From the NCBI RefSeq assembly GCF_006345805.1, contig NC_042998.1:135284001-135348000 (forward strand): DNA of 64,000 bases. The letters are read 5' to 3'. Positions 44,071 to 56,651 of this stretch are shown here, piece after piece. The DNA comes from Octopus sinensis (Eukaryota). Numbering within the stretch: position 1 is the stretch's first letter; the number at the start of each line of letters is the position of its first letter. The position numbers and the translations under genes are program-made. The notes below the pieces were generated by a model. The model ran no database searches. It was not told the DNA's origin and saw only the letters and a list, made by a program, of their open reading frames with translations.

Positions 44071-44772
44071 TATTAATTATATATATATATACATAATATA
44101 TATATATATATAATATATATAATATATATCTATATATATATAATATTATATATATATATCACACATTCTGATCAATTCTTCCATGTGTTAACAAGTACCT
44201 CCTTGCAACGATGAAAATTTCATTCAATCAAGATACCCTGGCTATCAAGTAGCCTGCAGTATACATCTGCTTGGATATTTACCACTTCCAAGGTGCCACT
44301 GTTATGAATCATATGTAGCCGGATTTACCTTCTCCATTCCTTAATTCCGGTATATATATAAGTATATGTATGTATGTATGTATGTTATGTATGTATGTAT
44401 GTATGTATGTGTGTATGTGTGTATGTGTGTATGTATGTATGCATGTATGTATGTTTGTTTGTATGTATGTATGTAGGTATGTATGTATATGTATGTGTAT
44501 ATATATATATGCCATATGTACAATACAAGATAGCTATAATAGATATATATTAATCAGCCGAAATTGCAAAGATGATCCGGTTCTTGACTGATGACTGAGG
44601 GCTTCGAAAGTCCCGTCCGTGTTTTTTGTGTCGTCTTCTAGGTGTTCACGTTCTTGTCCCAGTTGTATATTTTTTTGCTTTTACATATATATATATATAT
44701 ATATATTATATAGATATATATAGATATATATATATATATATAATATATATATATATATACATATCTATATAA

Positions 44773-44804
<32 letters not shown>

Positions 44805-44805
44805 C

Positions 44806-44837
<32 letters not shown>

Positions 44838-45183
44838 TATATATATAGATATATATATATTAGATATATATATACATATATACATATGGAAGAATGTGTG
44901 ATTGATCTGAACGTCCTGTGCCCACATATGACGACACAAAAAACATGGACGGGACTTTCGAAGCCTCAGTCATCAGTCAAGAACCGGTCATCTTCGCAAT
45001 TTCGGCTGATTAATATATATCTATTATAGCTATCTTGTATTGTACATATGGCATATATATATATACACATACATATACATACATACCTACATACATACAA
45101 ACAAACATACATACATGCGTACATACATACATACACACATACATACATACATACATACAAACATACATACATACATACATACA

Positions 45184-45215
<32 letters not shown>

Positions 45216-45446
45216 CTTATATATATATACCGGAATTAAGGAATGGAGAAGGTAAGATCCAGGCTACATATGATTCATAACAAGTGGCACCTTGGAAGTG
45301 GTAAATATCCAAGCAAGATGTATACTGCAGGCTACTTGAGAGGCCAAGGGTATCTTGATTAAATGAAATTTTACATTGTTGCAAGGATGTACTTGTTAAC
45401 ATATGGAAGAATCGATCAGAATGTGTGATATATATATATATGTATG

Positions 45447-45480
<34 letters not shown>

Positions 45481-45823
45481 TGTATGTATGTATGTATGTA
45501 TGTATGTATGTATATATGTATGTATGTATATTATACATTATCTCTTTTATCTGTTAGACAGCAATCATGAAGGGACACCACCTTGAAGTCTGCTACTTAT
45601 TTTATCAGTCTCTTGCTGAACCACTAAGTAATGCTATGTTTTACATATATATATATATTATTTAACGTTGTGTGAGTGTGTGTGTGTGTGTGTGTGTGGC
45701 ATATATATATATATATACACATACATATACATACTTACCTACATACATACAAACAAACATACATACATGCATACATACATATATGTATGTATGTATGTGT
45801 ATGTTACATATATATATATATAA

Positions 45824-45861
<38 letters not shown>

Positions 45862-45970
45862 CTACATACATATACATACATACATACATACATACATACA
45901 TACATACATACATACATCATACATACATATATACATACATACATACATATACTTATATATATAGTGGAGT
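43603..45970. repeat. ~2.4-kb inverted duplication (arms ~43603-44635 and ~44930-45970) of mixed unique and microsatellite sequence; an extra copy of a ~190-bp subunit at ~45965-46160
   Basis: Unique blocks 43780-43890, 44160-44350 and 44510-44635 each have reverse-complement partners on the right. Confidence 0.88.
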
Positions 45971-46219
45971 TAAGGAATGGAGAAGGTAAGATCCGGGCTA
46001 CATATGATTCATAACAAGTGGCACCTTGGAAGTGGTAAATATCCAAGCAAGATGTATACTGCAGGCTACTTGAGAGGCCAAGGGTATCTTGATTAAATGA
46101 AATTATACATTGTTGCAAGGAGGTACTTGTTAACACATGGAAGAATCGATCAGAATGTGTGCCCACATATGCATATGTGTATACGTATATGTAAGTATGT
46201 ATGTATACGTATGTATATA

Positions 46220-46267
<48 letters not shown>

Positions 46268-46289
46268 TTTATATTATATATATATATAT

Positions 46290-46570
46290 AAAGATGAGAA
46301 TGTGTGTCTGTCTGTCTGTCTGTTTGAACCCTAAAACCTGAGAACTACACAACCAATTCATTCAAACTTTACACATCACTTACTTAAGGTCCATATAGTG
46401 ACCTAGGTCAAAAAAACCTCTTGCCTAGTGTGAGCCCACAGCAATATCATATCTTCTCCACTATTTCAGTATTACGTTTCAAAAGTGAAACAATAACATC
46501 TCTCTATTGTTATGTCAAATACTTTCACTTTAATAGTCTCACTTTAATACTGAAACTATTAAAGTGAAAT
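46290..46570 (+). mobile_element. Helitron-like 5' fragment
   Basis: TATATAAAG..GTCTGTCTG..AACCAATTCATTCAAACTT pattern resembling the other Helitron 5' ends. Confidence 0.45.
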
Positions 46571-46666
46571 TATTATCTCACATATATACAGGCATACATA
46601 CATATATACATACATACATATAATATATCTATTATGTATGTGTATATGTATACATCTGCACAAATG

Positions 46667-46697
<31 letters not shown>

Positions 46698-46709
46698 ATA
46701 TACATATAA

Positions 46710-46843
46710 GAGGGATGACCTGTGAGTGGACTTCCATTATGCTAGAAGAAGATCCGCTATGATCTTACCAATAACAAAGGAATAGCAAGACCATAGCGGA
46801 TCTTCTTCTAGCATAATAGATGTCCATTTACAGGTCATCCCTC
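46710..46843. repeat. 134-nt imperfect hairpin (MITE-like) embedded in TA repeats
   Basis: GAGGGATGACCTGT/ACAGGTCATCCCTC termini and a 26-bp perfect inner stem ATTATGCTAGAAGAAGATCCGCTATG. Confidence 0.85.
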
Positions 46844-47008
46844 ATATATATGTAACATAATTTTTTCTGAAACTTCAGATTTTTCAATATGCTACACCAC
46901 TGGTTTTAAATTGATATTAATCAAATTAATATTCAATTTTTCACCCCTATTATTTTAAATTTAAATTTACATGTATATATATATATATATATATAGATGT
47001 GTACATAT

Positions 47009-47076
<68 letters not shown>

Positions 47077-47256
47077 ATATATGGATGTAAATATATACAT
47101 GTATACATATACATGTATATGTACACATGTATATGTGTAGATGTATATATATATAGATGTACATGTAATATGTACATATATATATACACATATATACATG
47201 CATACATATATACACCCATACACACACACACACACACACTCACACACACACCTACA

Positions 47257-47600
47257 TAGGTGCAGGTGTAGCTGTGTGGTAACAAACTTGGTTCCAAAAC
47301 ACACGGTCCTGGGTTTAGTCCCACTGTGTGGTGACTTGGTATGTTTCTTCTGCTATAGCCTCAGACCAACCAAAGCTCTGTTAGAGGATTTTGTAGACAG
47401 AAACTGAAAGAAATCAATCGTATATATATGTATGTATGTATGTAAGTCTATGTGTGTGTCTTTGTGTTTCTCCCTCATCACTGCTTCACAACTGCTGTTC
47501 GTTTATTTACATCCCCATAACTTACTGCTTTCACAGAAAAAAACAGATAGAATAAGTACCAGGCTTATCAAAATAAAAAAAGCACTAGGCAGTGTCTCAT
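47257..47600 (+). mobile_element. SINE family C, CpG-decayed
   Basis: AGGTGCAGGTGTAGCTGTGTGG head; diverged body. Confidence 0.75.
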
Positions 47601-47681
47601 ATTTTTGTTTGCCCACTCAGTTGTATCTATCAATTTATCTTGTGTGTGCGTGCGTGTGTGTGCGTGCATGTGCGTGTGTGT

Positions 47682-47713
<32 letters not shown>

Positions 47714-47748
47714 ATATATATATATAATACACACACACGTTTACACAC

Positions 47749-47792
<44 letters not shown>

Positions 47793-47818
47793 CATGTATG
47801 TATATGTGCATATTCATA

Positions 47819-49435
47819 TCTATTATAGTCAATGTTTTTATGTGTGTTCGTGTGTTACTTATACGTTCGAAAACTGCTGCACTGATCTTAATGAAATTTG
47901 GAACACAAAATCCAAGCCTAGGGAGAAGGGTAATGCTGTGTGTTTCATACAATTTCATGAACCAAAATTACTGAATGGATCCTTATGATATTTGAAACAT
48001 AGATTCAATGCATAAGAGTGGGTATAATGCAATACGTTTGGTTTGAATTTCAGATGGCTTAAAGGGGGCAGAACCCCCATGAAATTTCATAAATTTTCGA
48101 TGTTGATGAAATTTCAACCATGGGTAATTGACACACATCAAGAAGTATTCTCAAAGTTTCAACATCACATGAGGATTCTAAGACACCCTTAACTCCTAAA
48201 TTTCTTTTATGATCCAAAACTACGTCAAAAGTACTGAATAGATCTTCACAAAATTTGGAAATTATATTCTATGCATAAGGGCCATAACCCCCATGACAAT
48301 TCATATATTTTTGCTGTTGATGAAATTTTTACCATAGATATTAGACACAAATGAAGTAATATTTATAAAATTTCATCTTCTTACAAGTTAGAAAGATCCC
48401 TTCGTGGGCACGTAACACCCATAATTTTGTAATTTAATCTAAGCAAAGACGAATACAGTTGTACTCTTGGAAGCTGTTGGGTCACCCAAGCATAAAAGAT
48501 GAGCATTATGTGTAATTCAATGGTACAATAGTGTAAGAGTTTGCTTTGACATATACTTAGATTGTGATTTCTGCAATGTGGCGCATAAATTGTCAAGTAA
48601 ATGAGAGGCATCTTTGCTTCCACTGATTCAGTTGCAAAGTGTTGAGTAAAGTTATTTGGTTGCAGACCTCCTTTCAGTCTTTTTATTATCACTGGGTCAC
48701 ACATAGTCACCAGATGGTAACATTGATTTCAAGGCCTTCCCAAAGAAATTTATAGATTGTAAATTTATTCTGTCCAGTTACGTATCAGTATAGTGGTCAT
48801 TTGCAAACACCAGAGGTGACACTTTCATTTCTCCTTAGCCCTCACGTCACACAGTTGTTAATGTTTATTTCATTTGGGTCACGCCCTTCCAATTGCTATA
48901 GATTCATAATGCATCTTACGGCCGTGCCTGTCACCTGGGAGTGGTAACGACTAGGGTACGTAGCTGACTGCTTATTTTGATCATTCGTCTTTTTCCTGTA
49001 GCTTTGCTCTCTTTCACAAACCAAGTGAACATACATATATTTCCTATTTCAAAGAAATTTAAACAATAGATATAAGACCCAAGTTAAAAAGCTTCTCAAC
49101 AATTCAACTTCTCTGGTTGACATTAAGACACCCACCTTCAAAGGGGCTTTAACTCTCACATTTTAGAGCTCCATGATCTCCATTTTTCAGGAGCAAAATC
49201 CTTTTAACGGGTTCAATAAGACTGGAATTTTGGAATATGCGCATAAAAATCAGTAGTAGGGGATACACGTGGCATGATTACAATTTTTTTAGGGTGTGTA
49301 CAGAGAGAAAGAACCCTCATCTGCAATTTTGATGAAATTCGAAATATAGGTATTCCAGTTCATTACAGAAAATATAACAGAAAAGTCTAATTCTTCAATT
49401 GCATATAACACGGGCAACGCCGGGTATCTCTGCTA
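47819..49435 (+). mobile_element. Non-autonomous Helitron-like element (~1.6 kb)
   Basis: A|TC at 47818-47820, internal GATGAAATTT subrepeats, CACGGGCAACGCCGGG hairpin and CTAG|T at 49432-49436. Confidence 0.75.
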
Positions 49436-49455
49436 GTATATATATATTATATATA

Positions 49456-49491
<36 letters not shown>

Positions 49492-49494
<3 letters not shown>

Positions 49495-49880
49495 CGCAGG
49501 AGTGGCTGTGTGGTAAGTAGCTTGCTTATCAACCACATCCTTCCGGCTTCGGTTCCACTGTGTGGCACCTTGGACAAGTGTCTTCTACTATAGCCTCGGG
49601 CCGACTAAAGCCTTGTGAGTGTATCTGGTAGACGGATACTGAAAGAAGCTTGTCGTATATGTGTGTATGCATGTGTATTTCTGTGTCTGTGTTTGTCCCC
49701 TACCACCATCGCTTGACAACCGATGCCGACATGTTTACGTCCCCGTAACTTAGTGGTTTGGCAAAAGGAACCGATACAATAAGTACTAGGCTTACAAAGA
49801 ATAAGTCATGGGGTCGATTTGTCCGACTAAAGGCGTTGCTCCAGTATGGCCGCAGTCAAATGACTGAAACAAATAGAATA
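49492..49880 (+). mobile_element. tRNA-derived SINE family C
   Basis: Head, internal microsatellite and conserved 3' body. Confidence 0.88.
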
Positions 49881-49905
49881 ATAAAAGTATTTATAATAAT
49901 ATAAA

Positions 49906-49983
<78 letters not shown>

Positions 49984-50444
49984 TTATACATACGTATATG
50001 TACATACCTACATCAATACGTATACATATAAGCATATGTGGGCACAGGACGTCACGAAACGTGTACAACAAAAAAATACGAAGCACGAGTACATGGAGCT
50101 TGAACTATTCTTTCGAACAACGAAAGACACAAGTGGAAAACAAAACAAACATCATAAAAAGCGACCCTTCATCAGTTGTTGGCTGCTTTTCTAGTCTCGT
50201 ATTTCGAGCATTGTGGTTAAATACTCATTTTTCTATTTCTTCTGGCGTGCAATTGTTGAAAATTTCTGGGTACAAATGTGCAACTTGAAATGCAAAATTA
50301 CGAAATAATAAATGGATTAATGAATGGAAGTTTGGTAATTGCGTTTATTTCCACCACGTGACTCTTACTATTGCAAACATGTTTTGACTAACCTATACTA
50401 TACACACACACATAAATACATTCATATATAAACACAAACATATA

Positions 50445-50805
50445 TACATAGACATGTTTCAGGGCTCAGTCGCCCTGCGTGGCACCTTGGGCAGGTGTTT
50501 TCTACTATAACTTCGGGCTGACCAAAGCCTCGCGAGTGGATTTGGTAGATGGAAACAGCGAGAATCCTGTCGTATATATCTATGTGTATTTGTCTTTGTA
50601 TCTGTGTTTGTACCTCAGCCCCACCACTTGACAACTGGTGCTGGTGTAGTTACGCCCTCGTAACTTAGCTGTTCGACAAAAAAAAATCGACAGAATAAGC
50701 ACCAGGCTTCAAAAAATAAGCACTTAGTTCGATACGTTCGACTAAACAATCTTCAAGGTGGTGCCCCAGCATGGCCACAGTCTAATGATTGAAACAAGTA
50801 AAAGA
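50445..50805 (+). mobile_element. SINE family C, 5'-truncated (other fragments at ~26890, 32125, 35045 and 40120)
   Basis: GCGTGGCACCTTGGGCAGG...CTAATGATTGAAACAAGTAAAAG. Confidence 0.78.
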
Positions 50806-50910
50806 CGCACACATACACATACATACATACACGTTCACACACATAGATACACATACACATGTCTGTATGTATGCATGAATGCCACGCATCCATTTCCAAG
50901 TAAGTTTTAG

Positions 50911-50946
<36 letters not shown>

Positions 50947-51144
50947 ATACATATAAATGTGCTTTCACAAATATTTATAAGTTTGATGCTGATGACTTTC
51001 TGAAGATAAAGGCATAATAAATCAAAACGAAGCTCAAAGTTTCATCATTCTAATTATTTTCCCGTTCTGATTCTGTCACACATTATTGGTTTAGTTTATC
51101 TGTTTCATTGCTGGGGTTTTATTTTGTAGATATTTGGATATATC

Positions 51145-51300
51145 TTTAGTACATCTAGATTACATCAAGCTTCCATCAGGATAAAATATGGATTATATCT
51201 AGATTGTGTCTAGATACATCTAGATTACAACGAAATCACATATGAGTATATGAAGCTTACATCTAGTTACAAATAGATTACATATGAATTACATCTGAAA
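51145..51300. repeat. Degenerate ACATCTAGATT-motif minisatellite
   Basis: About 8 variants of (T)ACATCTAGATT. Confidence 0.65.
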
Positions 51301-52632
51301 ACATCGCATGCGTTTTGTTTAATTTGTAGCTAAGACAGAAAACTGCTTAGGTCTGCGAACAGAATGGAAAGAATTCTGATAGCGATCTGTTGGAATGAAA
51401 GACGCATGCATCCAGCACTTAGTTTTTTTTCGAGAATATTGACCATTGAGTGATGGCTGCACTACAGAAAAAATGTTAACCACTTTTCTTCGTATCTTAT
51501 GATACTTAGTTGCAGATAGGTGCACTGAGTCATGTTAATGTTAAGTGTTGGAGCCAGTAAAACAGGACACGAAACAAAGTCACACCCTCTCGTCTAATTG
51601 TTCATTAGCCAACCACATCAGCTACTAAATCCACCTGAAGACTTCCTTCTTTCTAATTTAGAGAAACATAAAGAATGGCAATAAAGATGGCAATAAAGAT
51701 GGCAATAGCACTATATATTTAGGTCATGTGCATGTTTCCATACTTGAATTTCAATTGAAGCAGAATCAAACTATGTTTCTTTTTCTTTGTCACATTTCCT
51801 CGAGATCACAAACACGCATACACTAGCATGTGTGCAAATACTTGAGCATATAGTGCGCTTCCGCGGTATCCGTTTACTTAATTTCATTCAATCTGAGGCT
51901 ATATAGAAAGGTGCAGCCCATACAGTTGGATTGAACAGGATACGAAAAAGAATCAACACTCTTCTCACATTAACAATCTACAAGTAAAAACTGGTTATTT
52001 GAAGCAACATAGGACGGTCGAGGGGTGAAACTGCTAGTAATAATATTCGTTGAAGTAATACCCATATATATATATATATATAGAACAATCTTACTTAGAA
52101 ATGGATGCGTGCGTTCCGTCATATAATAAATTAATAAATAAAACATATGCATATATACATACATATATGTATGTACCTACCTCTATATGTATATATACAT
52201 GCATATATGGGTACAGGACACCAAAAAAACGTCGAACACAATGAGAAACGAAAACATAAACACAAAACCAAGGAACTGGACATTTTTCTTAAGCAACGAA
52301 AAAATAGAGTACAGGACAAATAACACAAGGCAAATTCCCCTTCTTCAGTCGCCATGGTTTCATCTACTCTGCGTTTCGAAGGTGAAGGCGATACGCATCT
52401 TCCGTAGAAACTTTCCTTCCCGCGAAAAGCAAATTAAATAAAATTTGAGATCTTTTTGCGGAGGGATAAAAATGGTAACAAAAACAGGACAGTAACGACA
52501 GTACAAAATATAAACAGTAAAAGACAGGACAAGGAGAATAACAAGCCGAACGAGATAAAGTATTACAAACGCTATTTTTGAGAACGGCGAAGGAGCAACA
52601 GAAAATGCCGTCAACACTTCAAGGAAGTCAGG

Positions 52633-52696
<64 letters not shown>

Positions 52697-52727
52697 CATA
52701 TTTATATATATATACATATATATATAT

Positions 52728-52831
<104 letters not shown>

Positions 52832-53113
52832 GCATGTTTGAATGTATGTATGTATGTATGTATGTATGTATGTATGTATGTATGTATATATACATATATA
52901 TATGTGTGTGTGTAATATCTTCATTTAAATTTTATTATTTGAATTATTATGATATATACATGTGTTTATTGATACTAAAAGAACGTGAATGGAACAACGT
53001 ATCCCGTCCAATCACGTCTTATAAATCACTGGAAGCATGATTTCGTTTCTTTGGATGTAAATTACTGACAACCGAAATTTTTATCTTCTACAAAAAATTA
53101 TATACATATGTAT

Positions 53114-53498
53114 AATCAGCAAATAGAAAAACCTCAGGTTAACAAACACATAGATTGGACCACATTTGTAGCTTATTTTTAATACAAAGCATGACATAAC
53201 AAATAGGTGACGCAACAAATCTTACGGCCGTTTCGGCATCCGTTGCCAAACGCTGTCTATAAATAATTGCGAAAATACATTTCCTCATCTTCATAGGACA
53301 TTCGAATTAATGTGAATGTCCTATGAAGATGCAAAATTTTATTTTCGCAATTATTTATTGACAGTGTTTGGCAATGGATGCGGATGTAAGATTTGTTACG
53401 TCACCTATTTGTTATGACATGCTTTGTATTAAAAAATAAGCTATAAACGTGGCCTAATCGATGTGTTTGTTAATCTGAGATTTTCTTGATTTTCTGAC
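53114..53498. repeat. Imperfect ~385-bp fold-back centred at 53304-53313
   Basis: CATCTTCATAGGACATTC / GAATGTCCTATGAAGATG inner stem, with outer arms complementary apart from substitutions and one deletion. Confidence 0.88.
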
Positions 53499-53671
53499 TA
53501 TTTGTATTTGTTTCCTGATAAACTCTTGTTTATCCTGTTGTTGCCTGCACTCTACGTGCATAGTGTGCCTACGCACCAATGCCTATTGATAGCACGGGTT
53601 ACGGATACCGATAGTACATACGGATATTTTATCCCTTAGTTGGTTATTATAACTGCCAAGTTTGTTTACAC

Positions 53672-53702
<31 letters not shown>

Positions 53703-54092
53703 TATATATGTATGTGTGTGTGTGTGTGCATGTGTGTGTGTATGTGTGTGTGTATGCAATTTGAAGAATACAGTACCACTATCAAACTATCTCTGGCACT
53801 CGAAGAAAACTTATATAAAATAAAGTCTTTAGTGGAAAATCCCAGTCGAGGTTACATCTTATATGTGTGTCCATGGCAAGGTAAAAAAGAACAGTATAAT
53901 TTTTGTACCATATGAACAATACACATCATTTTTTCTGAAAGAGCTTTTAATACCAAAATACAAAAACCAAAAATATTCCTGAACATAGTATGACTTACAT
54001 AACAATGCGACCGATCCTATCTGTACCCAGTGAGTGAAAGATAATTAAAACCTCGGGGAAGATTGTTGTTATATTGCAATATCAACGTCACA

Positions 54093-55110
54093 CAAGAGAC
54101 AAGAAATTAGAAGTTCATGTTAGTGTTATGCCTAGGGTGTCATATATTTGGTTTTGCACATAGTATTGTTCTAGAGAATGTTTACGAAAACGTAAGAAAA
54201 TTATGTGTTTGTTTTAAAATTTGAGATTGCATAGACAGTATTTTACGCAGGATATGGGCAGTTCCCGTGAGCACAATCTTTTGAATTTCTGCCATTTTGG
54301 GGTTTTCTGATATCTGAGATAGGTAGCAATCAGCCACTTTTGCTATCATTCCTAGGGAACCTATGACAACAGGTATTGTTTTAGTCTTCAGGGTCCACAT
54401 TTTGCCAAGATCTTTATACTTGCTTAGTTTTTGGTAGGTCTTGAAAGATACATTTATGTCTATTGGGACAGTCATCTCAATAAGGAGGCATGATTTTTGC
54501 CTGAAGTCTTTCAATATAATGTCTAGCCTATTCCCATCTGTCTTTCTGTCAGTTTGAATGATGAAGCTCCAGAGGTGTGAGATGTGATCATTTTCAAGCA
54601 CTGGAGGTGGTTTGTGTTCCCATTAGTTTTTATCATTGGGCAGGTCCGGGTTTTTGCGAATTACCCAGTGAATATATTGTGCTGCTCTATCACACCTGTT
54701 GAGATATTCTGAAGGCGCAAGAAGACTGCACATTGAGCCAGAAGACACTAACCGTTACCATCATCCTCATCATCATCAACATCATCATCATTCAATTACT
54801 TAAGGCGGTGAACTGCCAGCGTAGCAAACGGAATAACATGCATATTCAAGCACAGGGGGTGGTTTGTGTTCCCACCAGTTTTTATCATGGGGCAAGTCCA
54901 GGTTTTTGCAAATTACCCAGTAATTATATAGTGCAGCTCTAACATGCCTGTTGAGATACTCTGTAGGTGCAAGAAAACTGCACATAGAGACAACATGATT
55001 AATGGTCGCATTTTGTTGTTGATTTACACGACATATTGGGGAGCTGCAGTTCTTTAATATGTTGGCCTGGTAGTTCCTTGTAGGTAGGCATTGACCTTGG
55101 GCTGCTATGA
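54093..55110 (-). mobile_element. Second, degraded copy of the same R4/Dong-type family with an internal duplication
   Basis: ORF 54182-54601 aligns to the C-terminus of 24942-26057; 54600-54735 is re-duplicated at 54850-54990. Confidence 0.85.
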
Positions 55111-55135
55111 TAAACCCTGTATTAACCAGCTGGAG

Positions 55136-55262
55136 GAAACGTCCCTAGTGTTTGACTGGTACTGTTTTCATCGAATTCGAAAGGATTAAAGGTAAAGTCG
55201 ATCTCGGCGAAATTTGAACTCAGAACGTAATGTCGGACGAAATGCCGCAAATTGTTTTGTCC
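55136..55262 (-). mobile_element. SINE family B fragment
   Basis: AAAGTCGATCTCGGCGAAATTTGAACTCAGAACG. Confidence 0.75.
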
Positions 55263-55411
55263 AGAGAGTAAAAGAGTTTAGGGGGAATATTTACATCTCC
55301 CAATACAAACATACACTCCTCTCTCTAAAGCAAAAGGCAGAAATTATTTTGCCTTTCTGTTACTATATTTAATGTATTTTGGAGCTAAAAGCATCACCCG
55401 TTATTTCACAT

Positions 55412-55510
<99 letters not shown>

Positions 55511-56244
55511 TCTCACTAAATCTCTTTTTCGATATAAATATATATATATATGAGGTTGACAGGACACTGAAAATTATGTCTAACATCATAATATTAGCCT
55601 TTTATTGAATTTTACATAGAATTTCTTACATTAATTTAGCATCTTTATAAATAACTGTCCGTATGTACGCATGTTTGCATATACACGTGTTTTTGTATGC
55701 GTGTCTATATGTATCTTTGTATGCTTGTACATATATTCATATTTGCTTGTATGAAGGTTTGCATGTATGTGTGCATGTATGTTTGTTTGCATGCACACAC
55801 ATATGTATACATATCTTTGTATGTTGTGTGTATGCGTGCCCTGTGCAGTAGTAAGAGACAACTGCCCTTTTAAACTTCCATCAAATATCATCAATTTGGT
55901 AGCAAGGAAACAGTGAAAAGAAAAAAACAAAACAAAGACGTATCACTCCACCGCCACCGCCACCGCCACCGTCTTCTCTATCTTTACTATTATCATCATC
56001 GACGTCGTAGTCGTCATCGTCGTCATTATCACTTCTACTCTCCTAACACAGAATCGTTCCGTTATCCAACCTTCTATTAAGCTCCCAATAGCCTGATTAT
56101 TTTTTTGCCTTCTTGTACATCTCCCTGCATATATATATATATATATATATAAAATATTATTCGAGACAAAACCACTATTTTGCAAAACAAACAAGGAAAG
56201 ACTTAATTAATACATAAAATTTTAATAAATAGTCAAAAAAACCG

Positions 56245-56287
56245 CCACTACAATCGTTTCTTGTCTTGATCGACAATCTTCAGGTGG
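56245..56287 (-). ncRNA. Identical minimal hammerhead ribozyme on the minus strand (other arm of the palindrome)
   Basis: Exact reverse complement of 56348-56390. Confidence 0.78.
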
Positions 56288-56347
56288 ACTTCCAATAATT
56301 CAGTGTCAAATTATGACTTCATAATTTGACACTGAATTATTGGAAGT

Positions 56348-56390
56348 CCACCTGAAGATTGTCGATCAAGACAAGAAACGATTGTAGTGG
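56348..56390 (+). ncRNA. Minimal type-I hammerhead ribozyme: CCAC-CTGAAGA-TTGTC(GATCAA)GACAA-GAAA-C(GATT)GTA^GTGG
   Basis: Core boxes CUGAnGA, GAAA and NUH (GUA) in the correct order. Stem I 4 bp, stem II 5 bp, short quasi-palindromic stem III. The 10.1-11.1 pair is U-A rather than the usual R-Y. Confidence 0.78.
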
Positions 56391-56564
56391 CGGTTTTTTT
56401 GACTATTTATTAAAATTTTATGTATTAATTAAGTCTTTCCTTGTTTGTTTTGCAAAATAGTGGTTTTGTCTCGAATAATATTTTATAATATTTTAATATA
56501 AAATCGATTTAATCCTAAATCTGATTTTTTCCCTGTAAATTTGGATTTATTCCCTAATATTTAT

Positions 56565-56602
<38 letters not shown>

Positions 56603-56605
56603 GCA

Positions 56606-56651
<46 letters not shown>

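Larger units (their letters stand above)
56148..56487. repeat. Perfect 340-bp palindrome (169-bp arms, 2-nt centre), probably a Penelope-like-element pLTR fold-back
   Basis: Symmetric about 56317.5 (TTATGA-CT-TCATAA); abuts a (TA)n tract on the left. PLE origin is inferred from the hammerhead. Confidence 0.9.

Noticed and set aside
44588-44620. CTGATGA...GAAA...GTC hammerhead-like boxes near the centre of the 2.4-kb inverted repeat
   Set aside because: Stems I, II and III do not pair properly (C-C at 10.1/11.1, G-G at 15.2/16.2).
51631-51680. CCAC-CTGAAGA...GAAAC partial hammerhead
   Set aside because: No NUH triplet and no closing stem II adjacent to the core.
52330-52420. GAAAC-GCAGA-GTA and CTGAAGA on the minus strand in a dispersed repeat
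   Set aside because: No topology (type I, II or III) gives consistent stems.
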